From Asterionella formosa (Eukaryota), in the NCBI GenBank assembly GCA_002256025.1, contig NKIB01013769.1:1-51802 (forward strand): a stretch of DNA of 51,802 bases, read 5' to 3'. Made by a program: the position numbers and the translations under genes. Positions 1 through 12,731 of this stretch are shown piece after piece; position 1 is the first letter of the stretch; every line of letters begins with the position of its first letter. The notes beneath the pieces are model-generated. The model had not been told where the DNA came from. It searched no databases and was given only the letters and a program-made list of their open reading frames with translations.

Positions 1-352
1 TCTTAACGAATTTACGGATTCAATTGTTGTCAGCTACTCATCCTTTCCTTCTTTTTCTATATTGTACTTGCTAGAGTTATCGCTGTAGAATATTTGTAGC
101 TGCTCCGAAACGGAGAAGGCCATTGAGGCACATCTCAATTTAGAATCACTACGGCGACATGCAAGGTTGAAATATGCAACAGCTGTTTCTTAACGAAGTT
201 ACGGATTCAATTGTTGTCAGCTTCTCATCCTTTCCTTCTTTTTCTATAATGTACTTGCTAGAGTTATCGCTGTAGAATATTTGTAGCTGCTCCGAAACGG
301 AGAAGGCCATTGTGGCACAACTCAATTTCGATTCACTGCGGAGACATGCAAT
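1..352. repeat. Tandem repeat, ~187-bp unit, about 2 copies visible (truncated by window start)
   Basis: TCTTAACGAA(T/G)TTACGGATTCAATTGTTGTCAGCT... starts at 1 and again at 188; the copies stay near-identical to ~352. Confidence 0.9.
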
Positions 353-1544
353 GCTAAACGATGCTCAACGAGTACCAACGGTGCTTTATTTCTAATCTGG
401 CAGGCTATTGTAATCTCTACAATCAACAATGACTTAATAATGTGTCTATAACATCAACTACTACTACTACGTGTGCTGAATTCTACAGTGTGAATCTTCC
501 TCTTGCATGTTATTCTTTGCCAGTTCAGATCAAAGAAATATGTCGGAGCGGAAAAAATCATAAGTGTATCGGAATTGGCGACTCTTTCGTTCATCATATT
601 GTGAAAGCAGCATCATTTCGCTGTCATACTGTTGCGATGGCTAGTTGGTCAACATATATTGTCACGAACACACATAATTATTCGATAAGTGAAATAAATG
701 TTTGTTTAACCCGAATAAATTAGGGAAAAAGTAACATAATATTTCAAAAAAGTAACATTATATTTTTAAAAAGTAGCATAAATACGTCACTTTAGACATA
801 ATTTCGAAAATGTGCCGTAAACGGCGTCTTAGATGTCATATGTATTTATAGCACATACGCATGTTATGTATGCATGAACACTTTACGCTACCCCGGTATC
901 TCGACCGTCGACAATAATGAAGATAATATTGCACCGGTAGTATACCAGTCCTGATGCTATGTACCGGTACTAATTGACTGTCAATTAGGAGTACATTTAC
1001 TGTACATAATGAAGACAATAGTATTCCTGTACCAGGGTACTTACTGGTAAGCACAAATATATGAAATCTCATCACCATACGCTTCCACCATTCTCATCTC
1101 ACAACGACTCCATTTTGCGGCTTTTATACGAGCAATCAAATCTAAGCTAATAAGTTACTTGTTTCACATCTTTGGTTTAATAAACTATGCTCTCGTTTAG
1201 ACGTCTTTGTATTCATTGTATAGCTACTGTGAAAATGTCAAATCCACTGATAGCATCATCGTTTTGAACTGTAAATCTATAAATTAATCATTGAAAAGGA
1301 TGTTAATCTCGAAATGTAACAATCGATGTTATAATTGAACAGTCCAAAAGACGAAATAGAAAAACAAACGATCAAAAAACAGAAGTGTGCATAAAGTAAA
1401 ATTATGAAAAAAAATTAAGCTCAACCCTGTTCATCAGTATTCGCCAGTATCCGTTGGATTGCACATAAACATATGAAGGAATACATATTTTAGGTGTATA
1501 GTCATGACACTGCTCATAGCGGCTCGTGGTATCGCTAGTCAAGA

Positions 1545-1745
1545 ATAAAACAGTCCTCTCAAGGTAATGGTTAAGATGCATAGCCTTGATTTACGGAATA
1601 TCACCAAAGCATGCATTTGCAACAAGCAAGCCGTGTCTTTCACAATGGTGGAAGCCATTTTGTGAGAACATCTGCGAGGTTGGTGGCTCCTGGTTCATTC
1701 AAAACCTGCATTGCAGTAGATGCCACACTCTTGCGTACTCTATGT
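1545..1745 (-). mobile_element. Ty1/Copia remnant: RNase H C-terminus and polypurine tract
   Basis: Minus strand reads VRKSVAS...EPGATNLADVLTKWLPP (Copia RNase H 'ADxxTK' motif). Downstream is TTGAGAGGAC-TGTTTT (PPT then probable LTR start at 1552). Confidence 0.65.
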
Positions 1746-2939
1746 CTCTCTCAATCAAATTTTATAGTACGTTAAATCTAAACATAAAATCGCACTTACG
1801 CCGAGGCGACACAGCTGGAATAGTCTAGGGGTGTCTCAAGCAAACTCTTGGTCTTCGTCCCTCCATTTGTTACAATCACTGTGTGAGGCGAAGCCGAGCT
1901 CCATATCCCAGAGGTGATTGATGACCCTCATCCCATGCTCTTATGGACGTGTCAACTGTTTGATTCAAGTACTCACACACAAGTAGTCTTGTACCTGCAA
2001 ATTCATAGATGAAAGTCCATCATATATTCTCCACAATAGTAAGGTACAGATATATACACATACCCATGTACAACTGTCCTACTGCAACACGAATGATTCA
2101 AATTCAGATTGAACGGTTGCCGATGGTTGCAGCCAGTGATGGTAAACATAAATAAATACATCTATCTATACGTTTATACTTACAATATTCTCTATGACGA
2201 TAATTATTACACATATTAGATGGTAAATCAAATTTATTCTGATCATATGATCATCATTATAAGATGCATCACAAAGATAAGATGTTTCCTATTTGCAGAC
2301 GTAGGGGAAACTTCGACCGTCTAGGAAGCAAGCAAGGTGTCACAAGCTTCTTGTAGGGGGGCAACCCACTATTTCTTGCAAACCAGACAAGACCGTGTGG
2401 GAAGGTAAGGAGTGTGGGAGTTGAACCCAACAAATTGCTTCTCAAAAAATTTGCGGGAATCGAACCTCACAGCCTCAGATCGAATGCCATGTGGTAAACA
2501 ACAAAGTCATTCCCTTTGGGAGTCTAACCAATTCTAACCAATTTTTGGTATTTCTTAGTAATTTTTATTTAATGACAATATAGGGGCACAGTGGATTTTT
2601 CAGCAGACAATTTAGCTTTGAGCAGGGACCATCAAGTCAGCAGTAGAATTTTCATGGGAAAGTTTGGATATCGAAATGTAATGTCATTTCAGCTGCATTT
2701 TTTAATTCAGCTGAAATGATATGAGCACTCAAAATCTGGTGAATTATTTTGTTCTTTAAATTAAATTAGCTGTAAGTTTATATTTCTGACGCAGGCCTCA
2801 TGATTCATCTTATGTAATTTTTGTATAATTATATTTCACCCGATCCCCTTTTCTCTATCAAAACTTAGATTTATTTAGATAGCAGCAGGATGAGCAAGTG
2901 ATAGTAACAATCTATTCTGTCAAATGCTTCCCTGTAGCC

Positions 2940-4720
2940 GCGCACGTGCACCTACTTGCAGTGAATTTTCAATAGAAGTCAATGCACCACCAAATCTATT
3001 GATTGTCAGGCGTTCATCTTGTACTTGTATACTCGAAAATATCCTCTGAGTCGACATGAGTTCTTCGAAGAAGAAGAATCGCAATGAAGACAGTAGTGAC
3101 AAAGAGTATGTGGTGATGGCAAAGCCACTGTAAAAAGCAGTCAGCCAGGGGTGGTGCACAGACAATGAGAGAATCCTTTCCCACGCATTTCAAAGCTGCA
3201 GCTTTCGGGTATTTAAATGAAAAACTGGTCACAGACACACTCTAAATGCGGAAACCGGAGCAACGACTGCAAGAAGAAACGAAAAGGCGGCTGCAGAAAC
3301 AACTCGAAATGCGGAAACCGGGGCAATGACTGCAACAAGGAATGAAAAGGCGGCTACAGGTACAACTCGAAATGCGGAAACAGGGGCAACAACTGCAACA
3401 ACAAATGAAATGGCGGCGGCCACACCACGCATGACTCAAGTCGATGCGGAAACCGGAGCAATGACAGCAACAAGGAATGAAAAGGCAGTGGCTGCAGGGA
3501 CAACTCTAGTCGATGGGGAAACCGGAGAAACGACTGCAACAACAAATGAAAAGGCGGCCACAGGCACCACTCGAAATGCGAAAACCTGAGAAACAACTAC
3601 AACAAGGAATGAAAAGGCGGCCGCAATGTTAAAAACTTTTGTAAGTGTTTTTCATGGCAATGATCACTTTGCAGTGATGGAGAGGAGCAACCTTGACTCC
3701 AATGTCATAACAATTTATGATGGCCTCAATCTAGCTCTCAACAAGTGGTTCCACCATATCACCAATGTGCTGAAACAAACAAAACTAATTGGAAGGAACT
3801 CCTTGCCAACTTTCCATTCCAATAATAAAACAGAATTTGAACTGGTTACAGATGAGTATAGCTGGATCATTTCAAAGTCAATCATTGTACATCAAAACAA
3901 GATGGGTACAATTGTGGCCCGATTGCTTGCTTGTCCTGGGTTCGATTTTTGTATCAGCTGTATCTGCACATAATTATCGCTCCTTTGTTGTTACCAAGTG
4001 ATGTAATACTGTTTCAACACAGCAAGTGAATATTGATTAAGTGGATACTGATGAATTGATGCTAAATGAAATGATAGCAAGGAAATTACTATGTGGGAAT
4101 GAGAAGAGATATGCAAGACATGCTATGGAAAGAGCAGTTAAAGAAACTCCCATGAAATCAAAGAAAAATGAAAGATGAAAACATGCACATCTGTTAGAGC
4201 ACAACAACAGAAGGATCAAAGCAAATACATAAAAGACTGACATATGCAGTAATATCGAAAAGGCAGCTATTGGATCTATAGTTACACTTAAAATGGACTA
4301 CAGAGATGTAAGCAACCCACGTGGAATTCCTGCCATTGTCTTTGCCCTATCTACCAATGAACTTGGACAAGGAATACAAGCAGTAAATGATCATGGCATT
4401 ATTGTTCTGGAAAAGGGGAAAATGAGAAGATATACTTTATCCCTAAAAAAAGATCCATTTTCCATCCAAATGAGGCAGTCAGTTGACCATATTTGAATGA
4501 AAAGAGACAAGCCATAATTGATGGAACTTTTGCTTGTGAAAATTATAGAAAAATGAGTATACAGCAAGCTCATGCATTGTGATAACCTCAAGATAGCAAG
4601 ACAAAACAAAGGTGTGAGTGTATGAAAGAATGCAGAAATGCTTGTGAATCTTTTAAGGAAAAGCATGGTTGCCGTGTATCTTGCAAATGTTCTGCAAAAT
4701 GTATGAACAATTCAATAAGC
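2940..4720 (+). pseudogene. Degraded transposon-borne ORF: Thr/Ala-rich repeats, Ulp1/C48-like protease and Cys-rich tail (possibly Ginger2/integrase-type element)
   Basis: NDHFAVM...IYDGL (ORF 3626-3973), then QDGYNCGPIAC in a shifted frame at ~3898-3930, giving the His/Asp/Gln-Cys pattern of C48 proteases. C-terminal DYRDVSNPRGIPAIVF and GCRVSCKCSAKCMN. Multiple stops and frameshifts. Confidence 0.55.
3244..3625 (+). repeat. Coding minisatellite, ~60-63-bp unit, about 6 copies
   Basis: Repeated (A/G)ATGCGGAAACCGG..CAA.GACTGCAAC..AATGAAAAGGCGGC encoding NAETGATTATxNEKAA. Confidence 0.9.
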
Positions 4721-5652
4721 AATTATCAGTCATTATCGGCAGGTAACAATAGATCACATAAGATTTTATTTTGCATGAAAATCTGGTGAAACAGCTGTGT
4801 AGGAAACTGTGGTGGACACAGTGATGATTGGATAATGCTTTACGCTACCATGTAGTATGGTCTATCTGATCAAATTTCCATCAGTATTATGCATACAACT
4901 ACCAGTGTACGTAGGCGTATTGGAATCACCTCTGTGTCAGGGGTCAGAATGGTGATTTTCTTGCTTATAAAAACAATTAATTAAAAAAATTAATTGTCTC
5001 CAAATTGCCTTGAAAATTTTATCTGGGACTGGAAAAAGAGAGCCATGACTGTATGGCATATTCACAAAACAAGCGCTCGTATATAGATACTGCGAGTTAT
5101 CGCTCTAAATTTGATAATGAAAAAGCCCGGAAAACTAAATAAATAGCGTCGATTCAGCAGATTGCACTAATAAGTTCTGCTGATTTGGATTTCATCAGAT
5201 ATGACGTAACAGATATGCATCAGCCACATTAAAAACAGATGGAGCCCCGAATATGCATGAAAAATGATCACACAAGAATAATTGCAACAGTCATTGAAAA
5301 ATTCGAGATGATGATGGTTTTAAGCTACGAAAGTATGAAGCGGAAATCGAAAGCTAAGAAGCAACGATGACCGAAAGAAAGTAGAATAAATAGTGAAAAA
5401 GAAATTGAGTAAGTGGAAAATTAATTTTCAAACGCATGTTCATCAACAATTGTCAACTCACACTTCTTTCATGTCATCAAAGCAATATAAATAAAATTTT
5501 CATTCAGGTCTGGAGAAGCAGCAACCTATAGTTAAAACGTCTCGGGAGGCAATGGTGCTGGAAGAACTGTGACTTGTGGTGGTTGTGGAAGAAGCAGGGA
5601 GCATCGATGTGATTTTATACTTTGGTGGTGTTGGTGCGGTGTGATGTTAGTA

Positions 5653-5768
5653 TATTGTAAGAGAAGGAGAAAGATGATCCGCCCAGATGGCTGGAGTTTC
5701 AAGGAATGTTAGTTTATTGTAGGAGAAGGAGAAAGATGACCCGCCCAGATGGCCGGAGTTTCAAGGAA
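5653..5768. repeat. Two-copy ~61-bp tandem duplication
   Basis: TATTGTA(A/G)GAGAAGGAGAAAGATGA(T/C)CCGCCCAGATGG(C)(T/C)GGAGTTTCAAGGAA occurs twice. Confidence 0.85.
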
Positions 5769-7817
5769 CGGGAACAAGATCATCATCATGGTGGAAAATG
5801 TGATTGTATGCAATGATGGAGTCAGTTTCAACAGTCACAGGAGGGTTCACTTGATAAGAAAATAATTTGAGGTGACAATTAACCTACCTTGTTGATTGTG
5901 TTGGGTACATTGCAAGTCGTGTCTCTGGCATGAATGATGTAGATCATAATGATTCCAATGTTGTTTTGGAAATCATTCAGTTGCTGCTTTGACTGGAAAG
6001 AACAAATCCGACAGGCAATCTTTGTTCGACAATGTGAACAGGAGTAAATTACAAAAGATATTGAGTTTTAGAAAAGATGAATGGAAGCAAGCACAGTATG
6101 CAACAATCAACAGACTGTGTCACTGCTTGGGAATCGATTTGAGACATTAGGAACATTGCAGCTATAGCTGGAAGGAACAAATGTAATGCTGGCTCCTTGG
6201 AAAATTGGAATGTGAGTAAAATAAACCATTGTTGAGATGTTCCATGTGGAAAACAATACATTTTCATTATTGGTATTACTTTGATTCGCATGGAAGCGAC
6301 CAAACAACAATCAACAGAACATATCATAATGAGCCAACCACAATAACAAGAGCAGTTTGATGATTCCTGTTGTCCTCCTGGGTGATGCTTCTCACCTCAA
6401 GTTGATAGCTCTTTTAGGTTACCAGAAGTGGCTTCCGGTTCACGTTGTCATTGTCGATTTCTGATGATGTAGGTGTAACAATAATTGTGATTAGATAACC
6501 TACAGAAACAATGCTATTTTAGAACAGCGGAAAAATCCAACAATTGAGCACTAAAACTTGTTGCTGAGATCTTATTTGAAATATTGTAGAACACTTAGAG
6601 AACATCCCAACAAATTATAGTTAAAATTTAATGGCTGATTATATCTGACAAAAACACCAAAATTTTGGCGCCACTGTGACAAAGCAAGTGTCACCAGAAG
6701 TCAAATCATTCAACAACCAGCCACATCCATTAAATGATGAAATATTACTTGATTCATCAATTAACACAGTTTGTTTGAGTCTGAACATGCTGGAAGATAG
6801 CACGGATGGATATTGTGGAATTGCCAACAACACTTTACAGAAAACCATCATTTCATGCCTTCACACGATTCATCCTACTTCCTTCAAATTTCGGTGGTCA
6901 ATTTCTGTAAGAAAGCTGCAGTCAATTGAGGGACTATAGATAGAAGTAATCAAATTCTCTTAAACTAACGGCAGTCAATTTGCTCTGGCGAAAAAATCTA
7001 GGGAGTATTGAAGGTAGTTTGGCAGTCAAAAACAGAGCATATGAAATAAACAGCATATGGTTTATATGAAGGGCAATTGCAGGAGTGAGTAATCCAAAAA
7101 CAGAGTATATGAAAAACATTAAATATGCTTTATTAGAAGGGCAATTGGTAAGTTTGCATCCAACATGCAAACAATCTAAAATAGGTTTTTAATGTTAACT
7201 GAAAGGGCAATGTAGTGGCAGACAGTGTGCCAATAGCTAGGTAGTGAATTGCCTAGTTAAGACCCTACTTGGGAGGAGTCTGTATACTTATGATCTTGTG
7301 TATTTGACTTGTGAGGCTCTCACAGGTAGACCTTCTTGCAATGCAGGGGACACTGCTTGTTTGGTCAACCTACTTGCACCTCCCAAGCCTCAAACACAAG
7401 AAAAATTGCAGGCAGTCTCCATCCTTGGTCCTGTCTTAGCTTCAGTACAAACCACACTATGCTGCTAGTCAATATCATGGGGATCCAAACTCGGATTTCA
7501 GATGTGTTAAGTGCCAAAGTATCATCAGTCAATATGTGTCTCCTATTTCTCAACAATTGCAAATGCCCCTCATTGATAAAAGAAATTCTGGACATCTTTG
7601 ATATCACATTTATGATAAGCCAAGGAGAAAACCGGAATATTTAGAGTTGTACATAGTTGATGGTTGTCAGCCTTTCAAGAATCAATCCAAATGTCTGGCC
7701 AGAGAATTAGAAAGAAGTAAAATATCAGAACGAGATTAATGGAATTTTTGAGACTCATTTATTCGAAAAGACATGCAGGATTCCGTCAGCAATGGAGCAA
7801 CCCCATGAACACGGTTG

Positions 7818-8495
7818 CTATCTGATGACACTAAATTGACTCGTCGCTACTTGACTGAACTCAATATCTCTCTCCGTTGACGAGTGCATCGTTTTTGCAT
7901 TTCGTCTTGGTCCGAACAATTGCACTTGTCGCACATGTGTGTCTCGTCCATTTTGATGCATGGCAAGTATCGACACTTCTACCAAGTGAGTCTTTGTTGT
8001 TGCGTTCTCACTGTCGTCTAGCAATAGCGGTAGAATACACCATCCAACAGGTTCACTCAACTCCACGAGGGAGACTAGCTTCAAATCCTGCAAGGTCATT
8101 CCCATTTTAATCGATACCTTCTTGGGCGTATAACTCTCATCTAGATTGTAGTCCAAGTACATCCCAACGTGAGACACGCAGACACGTCGACTAAAATGGA
8201 CTAAGAGATAGTGCGGTTGACCGCCATCCGATTGCCAATACGTCTCTGTTGATCCGTCGCGAATTTGATCGACACCGTTTCCTTGTTTGGCACTACTGAG
8301 CGACCAACAAACCGCATCGCGACTGACGTCTCGTAAATGCGAGAGCGACGCCAAGTTTGAAACAGCGCGTACGATATTGGACAGTTTGGGCCTGGCTGTT
8401 TCCTCGTCTTCCTCGTCTTCTGCTTCCTCTTCCTCGTCCGAATTGCCAATGGTGGCCTCGGGAGGTGTGGCTGGTTGATCTTCTGGTGACTCCAT
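7818..8495 (-). CDS. APC10: Anaphase-promoting complex subunit 10 (DOC domain), intronless
   Basis: Motifs WSLSSAKQGNGVDQIRDGSTETYWQSDGGQPH, DESYTPKK and HQNGRDTHVRQV, plus the diagnostic C-terminal IR tail. Confidence 0.97.
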   Translation of the reverse strand: MESPEDQPATPPEATIGNSDEEEEAEDEEDEETARPKLSNIVRAVSNLASLSHLRDVSRDAVCWSLSSAKQGNGVDQIRDGSTETYWQSDGGQPHYLLVHFSRRVCVSHVGMYLDYNLDESYTPKKVSIKMGMTLQDLKLVSLVELSEPVGWCILPLLLDDSENATTKTHLVEVSILAMHQNGRDTHVRQVQLFGPRRNAKTMHSSTERDIEFSQVATSQFSVIR

Positions 8496-9114
8496 TGCTC
8501 GTTAGTGCAAGTAATGGTATATTTGCTTTGCAAATACACCAGGAGGAGGAAGAATGAATTATCGGTATGGAACCGAATACAACAGTAATCATGAAGCATG
8601 TTTTAAAAATATTCATTCGCATTTTCTACATAAGCGGTATGATGTGGTGAAAAAGCAGCTGGAGGCCAACGTAGAGGATACAGACGGTGAGAGGATCTGT
8701 CATGTGATTTCACCTGAATTTTTTTATTCAGCGGAAATGATATGAGTACCTGGTACCAGGTACCATACTCAAAATCTGGAAGGCCCGCATTCAGCGAATT
8801 GCGCGCACTAAAGCTAGACTCAAAAATTCCATATCGCGGTTTCAACAGGCTAATAACACTGGTACTAATTGTTTCCATTCAAGTGGGCATTAGCGCGATT
8901 ATTGGATAGCTTTACAGTACTATAAAAATTTAATTAACTTTTACCTCAATGAACCAAGTACAGATCACTTTTTAGCTACCGGTAAGTATGAAGTCGAGTT
9001 CAGAAAACACTATTGTAGTACTACAGCAGCAATCTTCCAAAATTGTAGTACAGCGGCTACGGTGACTTCCGGGTCCCGGTATTTAATTTATCACGCTAAA
9101 CAACACCCTTCACC

Positions 9115-11352
9115 ATGACGAAAGCAGCGACAAAACCGGAGAAACGCAGCAGTGGAGAGCGCATCAGGAACGCACCACAACAAGCGACAACTGCACCAGT
9201 GACAAAGAAAAAGAATGCAAAGGGCTGCAGATTTCATGGAGCTAGAGAAACAGGTGGCACTGACTACTACCAAACCGGCCGAGGATCCATTGAGGACTGA
9301 AAAATTGGTGGCCAAGAACATTAATCCAACGGATCTAGCCACAAGAAAGCAAAGCATCAACCCAGGATCATCGTTGACAAATAAGACGGTGATGGATCTC
9401 ATGGACAACCTTTCAAAATCCATGGAAGTAGCAGAAGCATCAGTGGCCATCAGAGACAAAAGGCGCAAGCAGCAAACAATCCAATTCACACAGACATCAA
9501 AGAAGACAACCAACAACACCTCAGCAGACCAGGCGAAAAAGGACAACGAAAGTGATACACAGTGTGCAGGAGCGAAGAACATAGCTCTTATAAACAAGAA
9601 TGAAGGGAAAGACGACGAGACAACAGGAAGCAACATGGACATTGAAACCGGCTCCGGCAAGGCTACAAAGATGACAAAGAACTAGAGGAAGCAGCGGCAT
9701 TGTATATTGTATATTATGACACAGCGGAAGAGAGACTAAAGTAAATGGAGATTGAGGATTTTCCCCCTCGTCTTCCACCAAAGAAAAAGGAAAGACAGCT
9801 GGAGCAAGACAGCAACTCAGGGAAACCCAGCAACAGATCAAGCAAGCCTCAACCATCCTCAGATTCCGAAGTCAGCAAGCATGGCAAAGAAGCAGTTGGA
9901 TTACCAGTCCTAGCATGGAAATGCAAGGTTAGAGGGATCATCCCGCAGAACTCAGACTTCAAACTCCAGTCGGAGCAGTTTTTGAAAAACTTGACACCCT
10001 TCTTCATCTAATGGTTAAAGAAGCGATACAGATCCATCAAGTTATTTCCAGTAGAGTTCGGCAAGGAAATGTCACCAAAGGCGGTTCTAAAGCTAGAAAA
10101 ACAGGAGCAAACCCGGTTTATCAAATTGTCTAAAGGTACAAGGAAGACATACATCAATGCATACCTTTGCATCAAGTCCCTATCTTCATACCAAAAGATA
10201 AAAAGGAGAGCTCTAAAACACTTGCAGGAACAACAAATGTATGTAGACAAATATAAAATGCAAAGCCTTGATGAAGTGCAACTTGGATGGTTGTTTGGGA
10301 AAAACAGCTTTGTAGTCTCAGCAGAGGGCACCAAACGCTGGCCGGAGGCATTAATGGGATAGGGACTGGCACAGACATTGGATTTTCAGGTGCGAAGCCA
10401 GGGTAATAAGTTCTCCCAGTTCATTATAGAAACAAAAACATATGCATACTATGTGATCAGTGCAAGCAGAGCAACGTCGAAGGACACCTGTCTATGAAGC
10501 TCTAACCAAAATTCTACCCATCCAAACAGACTACACAGTAGGATTTGTGGGCCATCAAGCACAAAACTATGCAGCTATCCAGGATGTTGAGGGTGTAAAT
10601 CAATACTATATCCAACAGAAATGGTTGACGCCAACATTAAGAACTAAACTGATGTCGGGGTTCATGGACATTGACACAAAGATTGCGTTGAAAGGAGATT
10701 CAACCACTTTTCGCCACTTCATGATGGGAGCTACAGATGCAACAGGAAATTGCCTACTCTGTGACACAGACTATACTTCAATGGGAGTACCAATCATTAT
10801 CTATCCCACAGCACATGAAGTATTCGCACTCCAACAAGCAAGGTAATTTAACGATCTGATTCTACAGGAGTTCCAAGGGGCGGCACCTCCCACATAGTAC
10901 TTGATGAAACAAGTTCCCATTGGAGGAGCTTGAACAGTCAAGGAGAAAAGCAAGTGAATGCACTGTTGACAAGGTTCAAGAGAACAACAATGCAAAAAGT
11001 GGCAAAAGGTCTTCAGACACAGTTTGAGGTTACAACCAAGGCAACAATTCTGATGAAACAAACCGCTGAGAAACAGAATGTCAGCTCGTCCAAGGTCACA
11101 GAAGCTACAGATGTCACTGACCAGCTGACACTTGAAACATCAGACCAGTTGAATGGACTAGAAACTCTTCAAAAAGAGCTGAAAATAAAAATTGAGTCAA
11201 TGGATGAAAAGCTAGTACTAGCAAAACTAAATCTCAGAATGGACAAATTCATTGGCTACCAAGTGACTGCAACCCCTCACACCAGCCAAATAGCGTCTCA
11301 GGTGTCAGCACTAACAACCCAGGCAAGAATGATAATAAGAACATTATCATAA
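9115..11352 (+). pseudogene. Frameshifted long ORF, probably ORF1-like region of a non-LTR retrotransposon
   Basis: Chain of same-strand ORFs (9215, 9745, 10069, 10460, 10930): low-complexity N-terminus, globular middle, coiled-coil-like end; A-rich coding strand. No catalytic motif recognised. Confidence 0.35.
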
Positions 11353-11520
11353 CACAATGTATATTAACTGATCAACAACATTTCTCATCAATATCATAAA
11401 CCTTCTCATATTATTTTCACTTCTCGTGATTGCCAAATGTAAATTATAACTACAAGGCATCCTAAAATCAGCTCAACTCTATGCTATCATGTAAATTGTT
11501 TCATCATATATCTATCTTAA

Positions 11521-12727
11521 GGTTTCTGCATTTGAAACCCTAGGCTAAAATTAAAATATTGCCTAGGGTTGCCGAAATTCCCTGGAACTAAGAACTTTTA
11601 TGTGCAAATTTGAATATCAATGATTCCGTTTGAAATATTCAAATGAGTGGAAATTTGCGGGTACATATATAGATTCCATTTCAAATGCATTAGATATGTA
11701 TACCGGTAGATAGATTCTGGATCGCTAAATGTTTTATATTGCTACTCTATCGATAGTATACCTACTCGTATCAACAAATATGTATCGCAAGCACGACCTG
11801 GCGGCTCCGAAAAATATTTGAATTTGCATACTGACAGTAGTAATGTAGTGGTAAGCTTGCACTACCTCATACTATGACCAATGATGATCAGCAGCCAACC
11901 TGGTACCGGTAGGTCTACACAGTACTCGTTATTCCTACTCTGTACAGATACTGGTATACGGGGAGGTCTACCCGGTACTCGGTATTCCTACTCCATACAG
12001 ATACCGGTATGTGGGTAGGATTGGCCAAAACCCAAGAAAATGGTTCATGTGCATCCAGTGTGGCCGGCGTGGGATTGCTAGACCTCGCAAACTGTGCCAA
12101 TCGAACGGATATAAGGATAACCAATCAGAATATGAAAAATACAATGGGCAATTACAATGGAACTTTTTGTACACGAGATTTTACGACTAAAAATTTTAGC
12201 ATAAGACTACCATTCCGATGATGACGTTTCGGCGATTAGTGATTCTGATTCCGACATTTTGGTGACCGTTGAAAAGGGCAATATTGTCGAATTTTTGGAA
12301 GACGATAGCTCAACGTTGGCAGGGTTTGAAGAAGAGTTAAGTACATAGGTAATCTTCATATATCCCTAGTAGAACTTTCGGCGAGAAACTGCAGAAAGGA
12401 ACTTCGGTGTTTTCACTACCGGTAGGCCAAATAAACGAGTTGGCCCGGTAAAATCCACTATTTTCAGCATACCCGGTAGTTAAAAAACCGAAGTTCCTTT
12501 CTGCAGTTTCTCGCCAGATCCTATATCCTGACTATATATAGCGTTGACCTATACCCCTACTTTGATAAATGGCTGTATTTAAGCATATGGAAAGGGTGTG
12601 TATTGGTGAAAGCTCCGTTTAGCGATATACATTTACGTCTTACTCGTAAGAAGTCTATGTTTGACTACTCTGACTTAATATAATTTTTTTAAACCTACCT
12701 CGAGCTAGGGGTTCAAATGCAGGAACC
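11521..12727 (+). mobile_element. Non-autonomous TIR DNA transposon with TTAA target duplication (Kolobok-like), copy A1
   Basis: TTAA|GGTTTCTGCATTTGAAACCCTAG ... CTAGGGGTTCAAATGCAGGAACC|TTAA; ~23-bp imperfect TIRs; homologous over its length to 30825-32038. Confidence 0.85.
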
Positions 12728-12731
12728 TTAA

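Noticed and set aside
3244..3625. CRISPR-like periodic repeats
   Set aside because: Contiguous degenerate coding minisatellite with no unique spacers, no cas genes and a eukaryotic context.
6107..6310. STWNI motif suggesting an APE endonuclease start
   Set aside because: No downstream APE motifs found.
11521..12727. piggyBac or PIF/Harbinger assignment
   Set aside because: Termini are GG..CC, not CC..GG, and no matching 3-bp TSD can be drawn (TAA vs TTA).
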